This document shows, piece after piece, positions 28,988-38,400 of a DNA stretch of 64,000 nucleotides (positions within the stretch are counted from its first letter, which is position 1; each line of letters begins with the position of its first letter). Origin of the DNA: a virus (lineage: Duplodnaviria; Caudoviricetes); IMG/VR virus record IMGVR_UViG_3300028886_000004, positions 70,992 to 134,991 of that record, one strand, 5' to 3'. The notes under the pieces are model-generated. The model had not been told where the DNA came from, did not search any database, and saw nothing but the letters and a program-made list of their open reading frames with translations. Made by a program: the position numbers and the translations under genes.

Positions 28988-29808
28988 ATATTCAAATTTC
29001 AGCGGCATCCGAGCAGCCGGAGAGCTTCCTCGTAAGGGAGGCATTGTCCGAATATCCATTCTATCGCTTCACCTGCAAGATGGATAACTTCGATACAATG
29101 AATAAGGTGACCCTGACTGCGGACGACAAATCGTTTGAAGGCACGCTCTCCGGTATGGATGTGTCCATTGATGCAACCGGTTCCCTGCTTTACAATGTCG
29201 GCGCCGTTGATGCTAGGTGCCCCGCCTATGACGAGGTCCACCCAATTAGTTTCCGCGATACGCCAATCAAGGATATCATTGCGCACTATGGGTTCCAGCT
29301 TGAAGGCGATGGACTCGTGACTGAAATGTCCCTGCTGAATTTTACCCATTCGGATGCGGATATGATATTGACCTTGGCAAATTTAGGCGCCACGCCTGCC
29401 TTTATCGATTTCGTCAACAAGAAGGTGATGTTCCTGAATCAGCTTTACAAGCAGGATCCGGTCGAGGTTATGGCAGGCTTTCAGGCGATGTACAGCAAGC
29501 CGGTGTCAATAGGATTCACCTTGTCCGATGCCACTTCCGCCACTTTTGGCGGAAGCGCCTCCCCGAATGCGGTTCTTGAAGGCGGGCGCCCTATTGCGCA
29601 GGCGGCCGGTACAATGCGCAACCTCGTGAAGAATTACAATGACCTTGCGAAGCTGTGGTCCCGCAAGCAAATGTTCTCCGTGACCGATCAGGACATTCCG
29701 GTCGGCAGTATGGTGATTTCCGCCTTGACGGAGGATAAGCGCCTGATTGTTGCAAAGGAAGCGGTCTACACGGTTCGCGGCGCACGCTTCACTTATTGGG
29801 TTGTTTAA
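28984..29808 (+). CDS. putative baseplate hub (gp27/gpD-like)
   Basis: Position; SFRDTPIKDII resembles hub motif. Confidence 0.45.
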   Translation: MNIQISAASEQPESFLVREALSEYPFYRFTCKMDNFDTMNKVTLTADDKSFEGTLSGMDVSIDATGSLLYNVGAVDARCPAYDEVHPISFRDTPIKDIIAHYGFQLEGDGLVTEMSLLNFTHSDADMILTLANLGATPAFIDFVNKKVMFLNQLYKQDPVEVMAGFQAMYSKPVSIGFTLSDATSATFGGSASPNAVLEGGRPIAQAAGTMRNLVKNYNDLAKLWSRKQMFSVTDQDIPVGSMVISALTEDKRLIVAKEAVYTVRGARFTYWVV

Positions 29809-29853
29809 CGCGGGAGAATGTATATTTAAGAGGAACTTTTACCTGAGGTATCT

Positions 29854-30393
29854 ATGCCTAAAATCAAACTTATCCGTGCGAACGAAGATTTTGACCCCGC
29901 AGCATTTAATCCGAAAACCGTCACTATCGGCGGGAAAACCTGGATGGCGGAGAATTTGAACGTAAACGACCGCGAAGGCGGAATTGTCCGTGCCCGTAAT
30001 GGACAGGTCTATTACACCCGCCCTGCGGCGCTGCGTATTGCGGAAAAACTTAAAGGCTGGCGTGTCCCTACCTATGATGATCTTATAGCGCTTGTAAGTG
30101 CCGCCGGTGAAGGAGAGGCCGTGTGGCCGCACGGGGAAGGAGAGGCGGCAGCGAATGCGCTCAAGGCGACCAGCGGGTGGCCGGACGGAGAAGGCGGGTC
30201 CGATAAGTTTGGGTTTGGCGCCCTTCCGTTTGGCATGTATGCCCGCCAGTATTGCCGTGAATTTGCCGCTATCTTTTTGTGCGCTGATTTGTATATGGCG
30301 ACCCGCCCGTACTTCATTCAAATAAGCAGCAAAATTTATTTTGATTATCACATCAGCGATGCCCGTTTCACCGTTCGCCTTGTAAAGGAGTAA
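29854..30393 (+). CDS. FISUMP (Fibrobacter succinogenes major paralogous) domain protein
   Basis: VTIGGKTWMAENLN, GWRVPT, LKATSGW, GSDKFGFGALPFG, FTVRLVKE. Confidence 0.85.
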   Translation: MPKIKLIRANEDFDPAAFNPKTVTIGGKTWMAENLNVNDREGGIVRARNGQVYYTRPAALRIAEKLKGWRVPTYDDLIALVSAAGEGEAVWPHGEGEAAANALKATSGWPDGEGGSDKFGFGALPFGMYARQYCREFAAIFLCADLYMATRPYFIQISSKIYFDYHISDARFTVRLVKE

Positions 30394-30402
30394 GGGGTCA
30401 TT

Positions 30403-30879
30403 ATGGCAATCAGGATGATACACAAGAACGAAGCAGCCACCCTCGAAAATGCGGATGGCTATCTCGTCCAGTATAAGTTTAAAAATGGCTTCCGCGACTT
30501 CCGCCTCAGCGATTGTATGTTTGTCAAGGATCTTGCAACGCTTGATTCCTTGGTGAAAACAGCGGACGACCTGAGCACCTATGCGTTTGACTTCCCTTTC
30601 CCCAAAGGCAAGCCGGAAGTTGCCGACAAGGCGGTCAAGTATCTCAAGGATAAGGGATACGATGTCGTCCCCAGCAACACCTACTCCAACTACTATGATG
30701 TTTACCTGACTCGTTGCGTCAAGGTATGGCCGATGGAAAACGAAAAGCCGCTCCCGGCTGGCGTTTCCATCTACATCACGCCGGACCACAAGCATCTTTC
30801 CTCGCGTGAATATGAAGAATTGCGCAACCAGGTCCGCGAAGAAACGCTGAAGCTGCTCCCCAAGCGTGGCGATAATTAA
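30403..30879 (+). CDS. hypothetical, candidate internal head protein
   Basis: N-terminus MAIRMIHKNEA. Confidence 0.65.
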   Translation: MAIRMIHKNEAATLENADGYLVQYKFKNGFRDFRLSDCMFVKDLATLDSLVKTADDLSTYAFDFPFPKGKPEVADKAVKYLKDKGYDVVPSNTYSNYYDVYLTRCVKVWPMENEKPLPAGVSIYITPDHKHLSSREYEELRNQVREETLKLLPKRGDN

Positions 30880-30894
30880 ATTCTCCCGGAGTCA

Positions 30895-31045
30895 TTAAAT
30901 GGGCGATTAAACGGGCGATTAAATGAGCGTAAAGGCGCCTATAAATGCGCCAAATTATTAAGGCAGGCAAATACCTGCCTTTTTATTTTCGCGCCTTAAA
31001 TCGCCGTTTTTGCGCGAAATCCGAAATTTTCAGAATTTTTCTCAA
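30895..31045. repeat. periodic GC/AT element with central terminator and 3x ATTAAAYGRGCG
   Basis: 12-bp tandem repeat, AGGCAGG/CCTGCCT hairpin, core CGCCTTAAATCGCCGTTTTTGCGC. Confidence 0.6.
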
Positions 31046-31051
31046 AAAGGG

Positions 31052-31106
31052 GTGTCTTTTTCAAATCAAGTAGTTATATTTAGGACATAAGGGTGCAGGT
31101 AGCACC
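31052..31106 (+). promoter_or_regulatory. early-type promoter plus leader hairpin
   Basis: GTGTCT-17-TATATT; near-identical copy on - strand at 59522-59576. Confidence 0.75.
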
Positions 31107-31125
31107 GAAACCAAGGAAAGAAAAC

Positions 31126-31434
31126 ATGCCTTTAATCAAGAATTTCCGCAATGAATTTGGCGGCCACTGGACTTTCGGCTACATCGCCGCGGCAAAGCGC
31201 CGTTTCGTCTATAAGCACCGCAGCGATATCAAGAAGGGTGTCACTGTTACGGTGGTATACAAGGGCGAAACGCATACCAAGACATTTTCGAAGGAAGTGG
31301 TCCGTGCCTACAAGCCGCACCGCCGTAACTGCCCCCCGCATTTCCGTGTGCTGGGCATCGTAAAATGGGCAAAGACCTTTATGACGTCCTACCCGGATGT
31401 GTGGATGTTTGTTTCTAAGGTCAAAATCGCATAG
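31126..31434 (+). CDS. hypothetical protein
   Basis: AAGGAAAG RBS. Confidence 0.65.
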   Translation: MPLIKNFRNEFGGHWTFGYIAAAKRRFVYKHRSDIKKGVTVTVVYKGETHTKTFSKEVVRAYKPHRRNCPPHFRVLGIVKWAKTFMTSYPDVWMFVSKVKIA

Positions 31435-31446
31435 GAGGTTATCAAT

Positions 31447-32001
31447 ATGGATTATAGAGGCTACAAAGTCAAAGAAACCACCGCCATCGGCGCGTTTGAT
31501 GTTCCCCGCAAGATGCTTGTATGGGGCGAACGCGGAAAGGGCAAGAACGAATCCCCGAAGGTGGACACCGTTTCCGCCCGCGTGCGCCTTGATGCTGGCG
31601 TATACGCCTTGACCACGACCGGCGCCTTCTATGAACACTGCGCCGACATCCCGCTCGAAGCGCAGCTGGACGATGCCACCGCCGAAATCGCCAAGCTCAA
31701 GAAGGCATTGGATGCGGTGCACAGCGGAAAGGTCATCATCTACCGCAAGCACGATCGCCACACCGAGGACCACGTTGAAATTTATCCGTATTCGGAAGAA
31801 AACTTCGAAAAGCTCAAACTCAAATGCCAAGGCGACTGGTGCATGAATTCCGGTTTCGCTTCCAATGCGCCCGGAAAAGAAGGCAAGTGGTCCGAAGATC
31901 TTTCCGACTACGAATGGGGCTGGGAAGACTCTTACTGGTCCTCGCTGATGGTTAAGGACATTCTCAAGATTTCGGAGGCCACCAATGGACATCGGAAGTA
32001 A
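31447..32001 (+). CDS. hypothetical protein
   Basis: AGGAGG RBS. Confidence 0.7.
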   Translation: MDYRGYKVKETTAIGAFDVPRKMLVWGERGKGKNESPKVDTVSARVRLDAGVYALTTTGAFYEHCADIPLEAQLDDATAEIAKLKKALDAVHSGKVIIYRKHDRHTEDHVEIYPYSEENFEKLKLKCQGDWCMNSGFASNAPGKEGKWSEDLSDYEWGWEDSYWSSLMVKDILKISEATNGHRK

Positions 32002-32461
32002 CGGGAAATACCCCGGATGCGCGTTGAGCAACTTCGCTGCGCACGAATTTACAATTGACGGCGTTCGCTGCGCCTCTATGGAAGGATTCCTTCAGTCCCT
32101 CAAGCACTCTAACCCCGAAGTGCAAAAGGAGATCTGCACCCTGGTTGGCATCAAGGCCAAGCGCCGTGGCGGCACCCATTGGCAGCGCCATCAAAAACTC
32201 TACTGGCAGGGCAAGGCCTACCTCCGCACCTCCAAAGAGTATCAGGAACTTCTCGATCGCGCCTACGACGCGCTTTTCGAAAACGAAGGTTTCAAGGCTG
32301 CCTTGTGGGCGGCCGGGAATGCAACGTTCACCCATTCCGTAGGTAAGCATAAGCAGGGCGAAACGTGCTTGACAACGCAGGAATTTTGTTCCCGCCTCAA
32401 CAAGCTCCGTGATCGCCTGCGTAGTCTCACCAAGTTCAATCTTGGAAAGGAGCCGGTATGA
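31985..32461 (+). CDS. NADAR family protein (T4 gp30.3-like)
   Basis: YP..ALSNFAAHEFTIDGV.CASMEGFLQSLK, LYWQG, FTHSVG, LTTQEF. Confidence 0.85.
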   Translation: MDIGSNGKYPGCALSNFAAHEFTIDGVRCASMEGFLQSLKHSNPEVQKEICTLVGIKAKRRGGTHWQRHQKLYWQGKAYLRTSKEYQELLDRAYDALFENEGFKAALWAAGNATFTHSVGKHKQGETCLTTQEFCSRLNKLRDRLRSLTKFNLGKEPV

Positions 32462-32868
32462 AACTCGTAAACAAGAAGATTTGGGTCTGCGACAATTGCG
32501 GCGAAAAGACAACCGATCCGAAGACCTTCAATCAGGCGGACCGCGAACGTGGCGACTATTGTATGAAGTGTCACCCGAAGCGTATGACGCCTCTCCAGCT
32601 CGTTGAATGGCTGGCGAAAGGCAAGGGCTATGTTTGCCGTCAGGGAAAGGACTACACCACCCATCTTGATTTTGATTTCAGCAACAAGAAGCTTGGCGGT
32701 GCAACGATTCCGGACATGCGCGAGCAGCTCCCTTACAGCGAGCACAATTTTGTGGTGCGCTACTTTGACGAGGACCATCCCCGCCACAAGAAGGACTACT
32801 GGCTGATCCCGACCGAAGAAATGTTCTTGGAAGATTGCCGAGGCAAGAAAAGCAAGCGAGGCAAGTAA
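32458..32868 (+). CDS. hypothetical Zn-ribbon protein
   Basis: CDNC/CMKC. Confidence 0.65.
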   Translation: MKLVNKKIWVCDNCGEKTTDPKTFNQADRERGDYCMKCHPKRMTPLQLVEWLAKGKGYVCRQGKDYTTHLDFDFSNKKLGGATIPDMREQLPYSEHNFVVRYFDEDHPRHKKDYWLIPTEEMFLEDCRGKKSKRGK

Positions 32869-33662
32869 TGGCTAGTGAACTGAAAGCAGACAAGACGTTC
32901 GTTTTTGGCGAAGAATGCGAGGCATACAAGAAGGCCGAAGCCGACAAGGTTATCGCGGACTTGGAGGAATCGCACAAGAGGGAAGTCGAGCAACTCTTGA
33001 TGGAGATTGTGAAACTGAAAGGCGATTACAAGGAAGCGTGCGACCGCTTGCATACCGCCGGCCTCGTCAAGGATGAACAGAAGGCGAAGGCGGACATAAT
33101 AGAAGAGGCTGGTAAAAAATACCAAGGGCTTGTGCCGTTGGTCTACGACATTGAAACAATGGGCCTTGATGAAGCTCGCCCGCAAGATATGCCGTATGCA
33201 GTCTATTTGAAACGGGAAGCCGACAAGGTGCTTGCGGATAAGGATGCGGAGATTGCGGGGCTGAAAGCAGCGGCGAAAGAACCCAGCGTGCCTAATAGGA
33301 CTTGCCGAAAATGCGGTAACGTTGGGACTTTAATGTATTTGCCGATTGCAAAAGATGGGCGCACATACTGGAACCTTTATAACAATAAAGGGATTGACTA
33401 CGTACTTGGTATTCAGTGTGCCCATTGCGGAGAAGTCGCCTTTGTGACAAAGCAAGTCCACGAATATGAACTCCGCAAACAGAAGTACAAGCGCTGCCTT
33501 GATAAGGCGAAGTGGTGCTTCACCAAGTCCAATTATCATTTCGTCCTTGCACGCCACGGCGAAAATGGTAAAGAAAATAACAGAAGGTCCATTCTGTATG
33601 CCAAGTGGCACAAGCGCTGGCTGGAAATCGCCGCCAAAATCAAGGAGGCCGGAAATGATTAG
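32868..33662 (+). CDS. hypothetical coiled-coil/Zn-ribbon protein
   Basis: EADKV repeat, CRKC/CAHC. Confidence 0.65.
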   Translation: MASELKADKTFVFGEECEAYKKAEADKVIADLEESHKREVEQLLMEIVKLKGDYKEACDRLHTAGLVKDEQKAKADIIEEAGKKYQGLVPLVYDIETMGLDEARPQDMPYAVYLKREADKVLADKDAEIAGLKAAAKEPSVPNRTCRKCGNVGTLMYLPIAKDGRTYWNLYNNKGIDYVLGIQCAHCGEVAFVTKQVHEYELRKQKYKRCLDKAKWCFTKSNYHFVLARHGENGKENNRRSILYAKWHKRWLEIAAKIKEAGND

Positions 33663-33948
33663 CGACGAGGAATGGAAAAAGGGTCCGGACTGGTCCAAGT
33701 GGACTCCCCGCACAATTCTCAAGAAGAAATGCGACTGCCCGGATTCTTGCGAGCGTAAGATCGTTGCCTCCGGCTACGATGGCTCAAAGGACTACTGGTG
33801 CCGTAATTGTGGGCAGGTCTATACCTTGAAAGGCTTGCGTCCGATCAGGCTGGCGCCTACGCCTGCCGTGGCACAGAAACTGCGCTCCGCCGAAAAGCAC
33901 CAAGCCCGCTTCACCCGAAAGATTGGGAGGACCAATGAATCTGTTTAA
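33655..33948 (+). CDS. hypothetical Zn-binding protein
   Basis: AGGAGG RBS; CDC/CRNC. Confidence 0.55.
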   Translation: MISDEEWKKGPDWSKWTPRTILKKKCDCPDSCERKIVASGYDGSKDYWCRNCGQVYTLKGLRPIRLAPTPAVAQKLRSAEKHQARFTRKIGRTNESV

Positions 33949-34390
33949 AAGAATACAGCGCCATTTTGCCCGCAAGGCATATTTGGACTATTTGTTTAAG
34001 CATTACATCCGCGTCGAAAACAATGCCTTGGTAATGTATTACACCCTCGACAATGAAAAGCGGGATGATTCCGGCTTATGGCGCAAGAAGGTGCTTGTTC
34101 CGGACCTGCCTCTCAGCTATCCGAAATGCAGCGTGAATGTGGTTGATTTGGGCTCCGTCGGAAAACGCGAATTTTTCATTGCCCTGCTTTTCAAAATAGG
34201 GAAGCGCAACAACTCTATTTGCGGCGACGACATTATCCGCCCGGTGATTGTGTTTTGGAATCAGGAACGCGGCTTTTGGTGGGAGCAATTTACAACCGAG
34301 CAGGCGCTTGTGGACCGCATCGGATCGTGGAACTGGTCCCACATCAAGGATTATGCCCGGTTTAACTGGAACATAACTTTTATTGGCTAA
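33935..34390 (+). CDS. hypothetical protein
   Basis: GGAGG RBS. Confidence 0.6.
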   Translation: MNLFKRIQRHFARKAYLDYLFKHYIRVENNALVMYYTLDNEKRDDSGLWRKKVLVPDLPLSYPKCSVNVVDLGSVGKREFFIALLFKIGKRNNSICGDDIIRPVIVFWNQERGFWWEQFTTEQALVDRIGSWNWSHIKDYARFNWNITFIG

Positions 34391-34551
34391 TTGCTTTGCC
34401 AAATAGCGCTTATAAAGCGATAAATATAAGGAGGCGCCCATTTACACCGGGCGCCTTTAAAATCGCCTTAAAACGCGGTTTATGCGCAAAAGCGGAAATC
34501 TTTTAAAATTTCCAAAGAACAGGTGTCTTTTTCAAAACCTGGATGTATATT
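34388..34551 (+). promoter_or_regulatory. periodic element, terminator and GTGTCT-17-TATATT promoter
   Basis: Core repeat at 34464; -35 at 34523, -10 at 34546. Confidence 0.65.
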
Positions 34552-34618
34552 TAAAGCATAAAAAGGAACCCGCGGCGATTATCAAGGTCGCTGCATAACC
34601 TCCGTATATTATAGTCCT

Positions 34619-35521
34619 ATGAAAGTTCTCATTACTGCAGATTGGCACATCAGTGGCACCCGCCCCCGGTGCCGTGCCGACGAAGATTGGATGGAATCCC
34701 AGCGCCAAGATATCGAGGCCGTGTGGCAAATTGCCCGCGAGCAGCGCGTCGAGGCGGTTTGGATTCTCGGGGACCTGTTTGACACCAGCCGTGTCGCCAC
34801 CGAGGCGGTTAACCTCGTCCTGACGGAATTTGAAAAGGCGCCTTGTGCTGTCTACACGCTTTGTGGCAACCACGACCTGCCTTACCACAGTTTCGATTTG
34901 CTGGAACGCTCCAGCATTGGAACCGTTCTCCACAAATTCCCGATGCTGGGCACGGATCAAAGTATTGGCGTCGTTGCCTACCCGTTTGGCAAGGAACCTG
35001 AATATGGCGCCTTGAGCGACTATATGAAGGCAAACGGGATGCACACGTGGATTACGCATCAATTGACCTTCCCCAACGATGCCGCCCGCCCTATTCCGGG
35101 CGTTGGAGTGCTTGCTCAGGAATTGCTGGATGCTTGCCCCACCGCTAGCGTCATTCTTACTGGCGACTACCACCACGGCTACGTCTACACCGCCCCCGAT
35201 GGCCGCCGCGTTATTACGCCGGGCTGCCTAAATATCGGCGATGCGGACATGAAGGATTACCAGCCGCAAGTTTACATCTTTGACACCTTCGATCTCTCGG
35301 TTGAAGCGGTCAAGCTGCCGATTCACGGCAAGATTGAAACAACTTATCTCGAGCACGAACACGCGCTGGCGGATATGAAGGAAAAATTCGTTGCCTCCCT
35401 TTCGGCAGGCGCCGTTACGATGAAGTCCTTCCCCGAGGCATTGGAAGAAGTGCTCCCCACCTTGCCGGCCGGCGTGCGCAAGGTCCTTGAAGAAGTTAAA
35501 GAGTCCACAATCGCCGCGTAG
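34619..35521 (+). CDS. Mre11/SbcD-like nuclease (T4 gp47-like)
   Basis: ADWH, GDLFD, GNHD, TH, GDYH, PG motifs. Confidence 0.92.
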   Translation: MKVLITADWHISGTRPRCRADEDWMESQRQDIEAVWQIAREQRVEAVWILGDLFDTSRVATEAVNLVLTEFEKAPCAVYTLCGNHDLPYHSFDLLERSSIGTVLHKFPMLGTDQSIGVVAYPFGKEPEYGALSDYMKANGMHTWITHQLTFPNDAARPIPGVGVLAQELLDACPTASVILTGDYHHGYVYTAPDGRRVITPGCLNIGDADMKDYQPQVYIFDTFDLSVEAVKLPIHGKIETTYLEHEHALADMKEKFVASLSAGAVTMKSFPEALEEVLPTLPAGVRKVLEEVKESTIAA

Positions 35522-35559
35522 TGGACAAGTCCGTATAATTTAGAAAAAGGAGTCCAACA

Positions 35560-35787
35560 ATGGATATTCAAACCGCAATTCAGAAACGTGACCAGCTCAA
35601 GGTTGACATCGGCATTATGGAAAACAAGCGTGCCACCATCCTTGGCGCCCTCAAGGAAAAATTCGGCACGGATGATGTGCAGGCGCTCATCAAGATCCGC
35701 ACCGACAAGTCCACCGAACTCGCCGCCGCCAATGCGCAGCGCACCCAAATCGAAGCCGAACTCGATACTCTTTTCGCAGGTAAGTAA
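35560..35787 (+). CDS. small coiled-coil protein
   Basis: AGGAG RBS; stop overlaps Rad50-N start. Confidence 0.7.
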   Translation: MDIQTAIQKRDQLKVDIGIMENKRATILGALKEKFGTDDVQALIKIRTDKSTELAAANAQRTQIEAELDTLFAGK

Positions 35788-37091
35788 TGCATCGCATAAC
35801 CATCCATAATTTCCAGTCGCACAAGGATACAATCCTTGAATTGTCGCCAACGGTTAACTCGTTGGAAGGCGTGAGCGATTCCGGAAAGTCCGCCGTTCTT
35901 CGCGCAATGCTGTGGTGCTTGACAAACAAGCCGGATGGCGTTGCCTTCGCCTCCAATTGGGCGAAAGACAAGAAGGGGAAGTTGAAGGATGAAGTAAGCG
36001 TTTCCATCGACAACATTACGCGCTCCCGCAATGCAACCGTAAACGGCTACACAAAGTTTGTGGCAGGCAAGGACCCGCTGACCTATGAAGCGCTGAAAGG
36101 CACCGTTCCCCCGGACATTGAAAATGCAATCAATATCGGCAGCGTGAATATTCAGCGTCAAATGGATCCGCCGTTCCTTTTGTCCTCCACGCCGGGCGAT
36201 GCCGCCCGCTACGTGAATGAATTGATTGGCCTTGAAGAAATTGATACCTATCAAAAGGCGCTCAAAGGCAAGTCCCACGACAACGCCAATTCCCTCAAGG
36301 ATGAAACCAAGCGTCTCGCCGATGCCGAGGCATCTTTGGCCCAATATGATTGGGTCGTAGGCGCCAAAGAAAAGGTTAACGAATTGGCCGGCGTTGAAGC
36401 CACCTGCACCTCCCTGGAAGCGGATCTCGCCAAGCTGGCGGAACTCGATGCCTTGGAAGAGGTGTCGAAAAAGCTGGATGACGCCAAGGCGCTGGAAAAG
36501 AAGGTGACCAAGCTGATCGCCTCCTGCCCGGACACCAAGGCACTCGAAAGTGATGTGGCAGCCTTGAAGCAGGTCGATGAAGTTGATGCCCTCACGGCGC
36601 AGCTCATTGAAGACAAGGCGGTGGTAAGCACTGCGGACGACAAAATCGCCGCATTGGGCAAAATCAACACCGCCACCCTGGAAGCCGCCATCGCCGCATT
36701 GAAAAATGTGGAGGAGGCCAGCGACCTGAAATGGAAGGTCGCCGAGAATACGCGCATTGTAGCCGAGGCAACCATTCACATCGATGCGCTGGCGAAAATC
36801 AACATCCCCGCCATTGAAGTCGATCTTGCTTTCCTTGACGATCATCTCGTAAGGGACAAGGCAATTTGCAATGACCTGTTCCCGGCGATAAATATGATGC
36901 CGCGATTGAACCAGCTCATTCAGGCAGGCGCCGCCCTCAATGAACAGATTGATGCGGCAACTACCGCCGTGGCTGAAATTGACGAGGTTACCAACCTGAA
37001 TGTCAAGATCGCGGAATCCCGCACCGAGCTGTATCGCGCCAATGATTTCCTCAAAGGCAAGGCCTGCCCGGTGTGCGGCAAACCGCTCTAA
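35787..37091 (+). CDS. Rad50/SbcC N-terminal half
   Basis: NFQSH, Walker A GVSDSGKS, Q-loop, coiled coil ending in zinc hook CPVCG. Confidence 0.88.
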   Translation: MHRITIHNFQSHKDTILELSPTVNSLEGVSDSGKSAVLRAMLWCLTNKPDGVAFASNWAKDKKGKLKDEVSVSIDNITRSRNATVNGYTKFVAGKDPLTYEALKGTVPPDIENAINIGSVNIQRQMDPPFLLSSTPGDAARYVNELIGLEEIDTYQKALKGKSHDNANSLKDETKRLADAEASLAQYDWVVGAKEKVNELAGVEATCTSLEADLAKLAELDALEEVSKKLDDAKALEKKVTKLIASCPDTKALESDVAALKQVDEVDALTAQLIEDKAVVSTADDKIAALGKINTATLEAAIAALKNVEEASDLKWKVAENTRIVAEATIHIDALAKINIPAIEVDLAFLDDHLVRDKAICNDLFPAINMMPRLNQLIQAGAALNEQIDAATTAVAEIDEVTNLNVKIAESRTELYRANDFLKGKACPVCGKPL

Positions 37092-37118
37092 CTTGTCCCT
37101 TAACCCGTATATTTGAAT

Positions 37119-37727
37119 ATGAAACTTGCTGAAGCACAATTGAAATTGGCGAAGGCCGAAGGGCAGCGCGAGGCACTTGAAAATGCCGTCGCCGCCTCGA
37201 AGGCACAAATCGCCAGCCTTGAACAACGCTCCAATGATATTGCGCAGGCGGTTCTCACGGTCCAAAAGATCGCGAATGAATTGCAGGCAAACATCACGGC
37301 GTTCTTCACTACCTGTGTCCAGTCGGCGCTTGACATTGTATTCCCCGGGTCCTACAAATTCTGTATGGAATTTAATTCCCGGCGCAATCAGGCGGAGCTG
37401 GATATGTGGCTCGATCGTAATGGCGAAAAGGTGTCCGCCCTTGATGCTGCCGGTGGCGGCGTTGTGGACGTGATTTCGTTTGCCTTGCGCACCTGCTGCC
37501 TGCTTTTATCAAAGAAGCGTCCGGTCCTCTTCCTGGATGAACCTTTCAAATTCATCCGTGGCGAGGCGCGCGATCGCCTTGGCGAATTGCTTAACCTTCT
37601 GTCCGTTCAAAGCCACGTTCAAATCATTATGGTTGCGGATGTGGCAGGCGCCCCGATTGAAGGCGCCAAGCGGTTCCGCATTGGTATTGAAGGCGGGGTC
37701 TCCCGCCTGCTTCCCGTGGAGGGCTAA
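37119..37727 (+). CDS. Rad50/SbcC C-terminal half
   Basis: AAGGG signature, Walker B LFLDEPF. Confidence 0.85.
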   Translation: MKLAEAQLKLAKAEGQREALENAVAASKAQIASLEQRSNDIAQAVLTVQKIANELQANITAFFTTCVQSALDIVFPGSYKFCMEFNSRRNQAELDMWLDRNGEKVSALDAAGGGVVDVISFALRTCCLLLSKKRPVLFLDEPFKFIRGEARDRLGELLNLLSVQSHVQIIMVADVAGAPIEGAKRFRIGIEGGVSRLLPVEG

Positions 37728-38231
37728 ATGCCTATCGATGCAAAGACGCGCGACGAATATGCCACCAAGGCGGCAAACAATCAATGCCGTTGTTTTAAGT
37801 GTGATGGCATCCGCAACGACACCCATGAAAAATGCGGCCCAAAGCCGTGCAATACCTGCCCGGAATGGAACACCGCCTATTGGGCGTCGCGGCTTGCCCT
37901 TGAAATGTTCGGCAGGGACAAGATCCCTGCCGATATGGAGCCGTACGAAAATCACCCCCGCATTCAGTATTTGAAGGCCCAAATCAAGTCGCTTGACGCC
38001 GAGCTGGAAACTGCCAAGGAGGATCGAGACAAGTGGAAGGACGAATCCAACCGTTGGTTTGAACGCTATACGGGGATGGAGACGTTCAAGAAGCTGGCGG
38101 AGGTGGAGGACGAAAATCGGCGCTTGAAGGACGCAAACCACGGACTGGAACTTTGCAATTCCAAATTGCAGGAACAGGTGGCGCTTCTTCAGGCGGAATT
38201 CAAAAAGGACCCCGGGGATGGAAAAGGTTAA
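37728..38231 (+). CDS. hypothetical Cys-rich/coiled-coil protein
   Basis: Abuts previous stop. Confidence 0.65.
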   Translation: MPIDAKTRDEYATKAANNQCRCFKCDGIRNDTHEKCGPKPCNTCPEWNTAYWASRLALEMFGRDKIPADMEPYENHPRIQYLKAQIKSLDAELETAKEDRDKWKDESNRWFERYTGMETFKKLAEVEDENRRLKDANHGLELCNSKLQEQVALLQAEFKKDPGDGKG

Positions 38232-38394
38232 GGACTTTTTAATCCACGTGGGGCTGCTCCTTGTGGCGCTCCCCGTGCTGGCATTCGTATTCATATATGG
38301 AATGGGCCTTATGCTTTTCAAGGGAGGCCCGTTGCCGCTCGGGGACGAACCTTTTGATATTTATCCGAAAGGGCATCCGCTTTCCCGTAAATAG
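38218..38394 (+). CDS. small membrane protein
   Basis: 58 aa with one hydrophobic helix (not in ORF track). Confidence 0.45.
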   Translation: MEKVKDFLIHVGLLLVALPVLAFVFIYGMGLMLFKGGPLPLGDEPFDIYPKGHPLSRK

Positions 38395-38400
38395 AACTTA

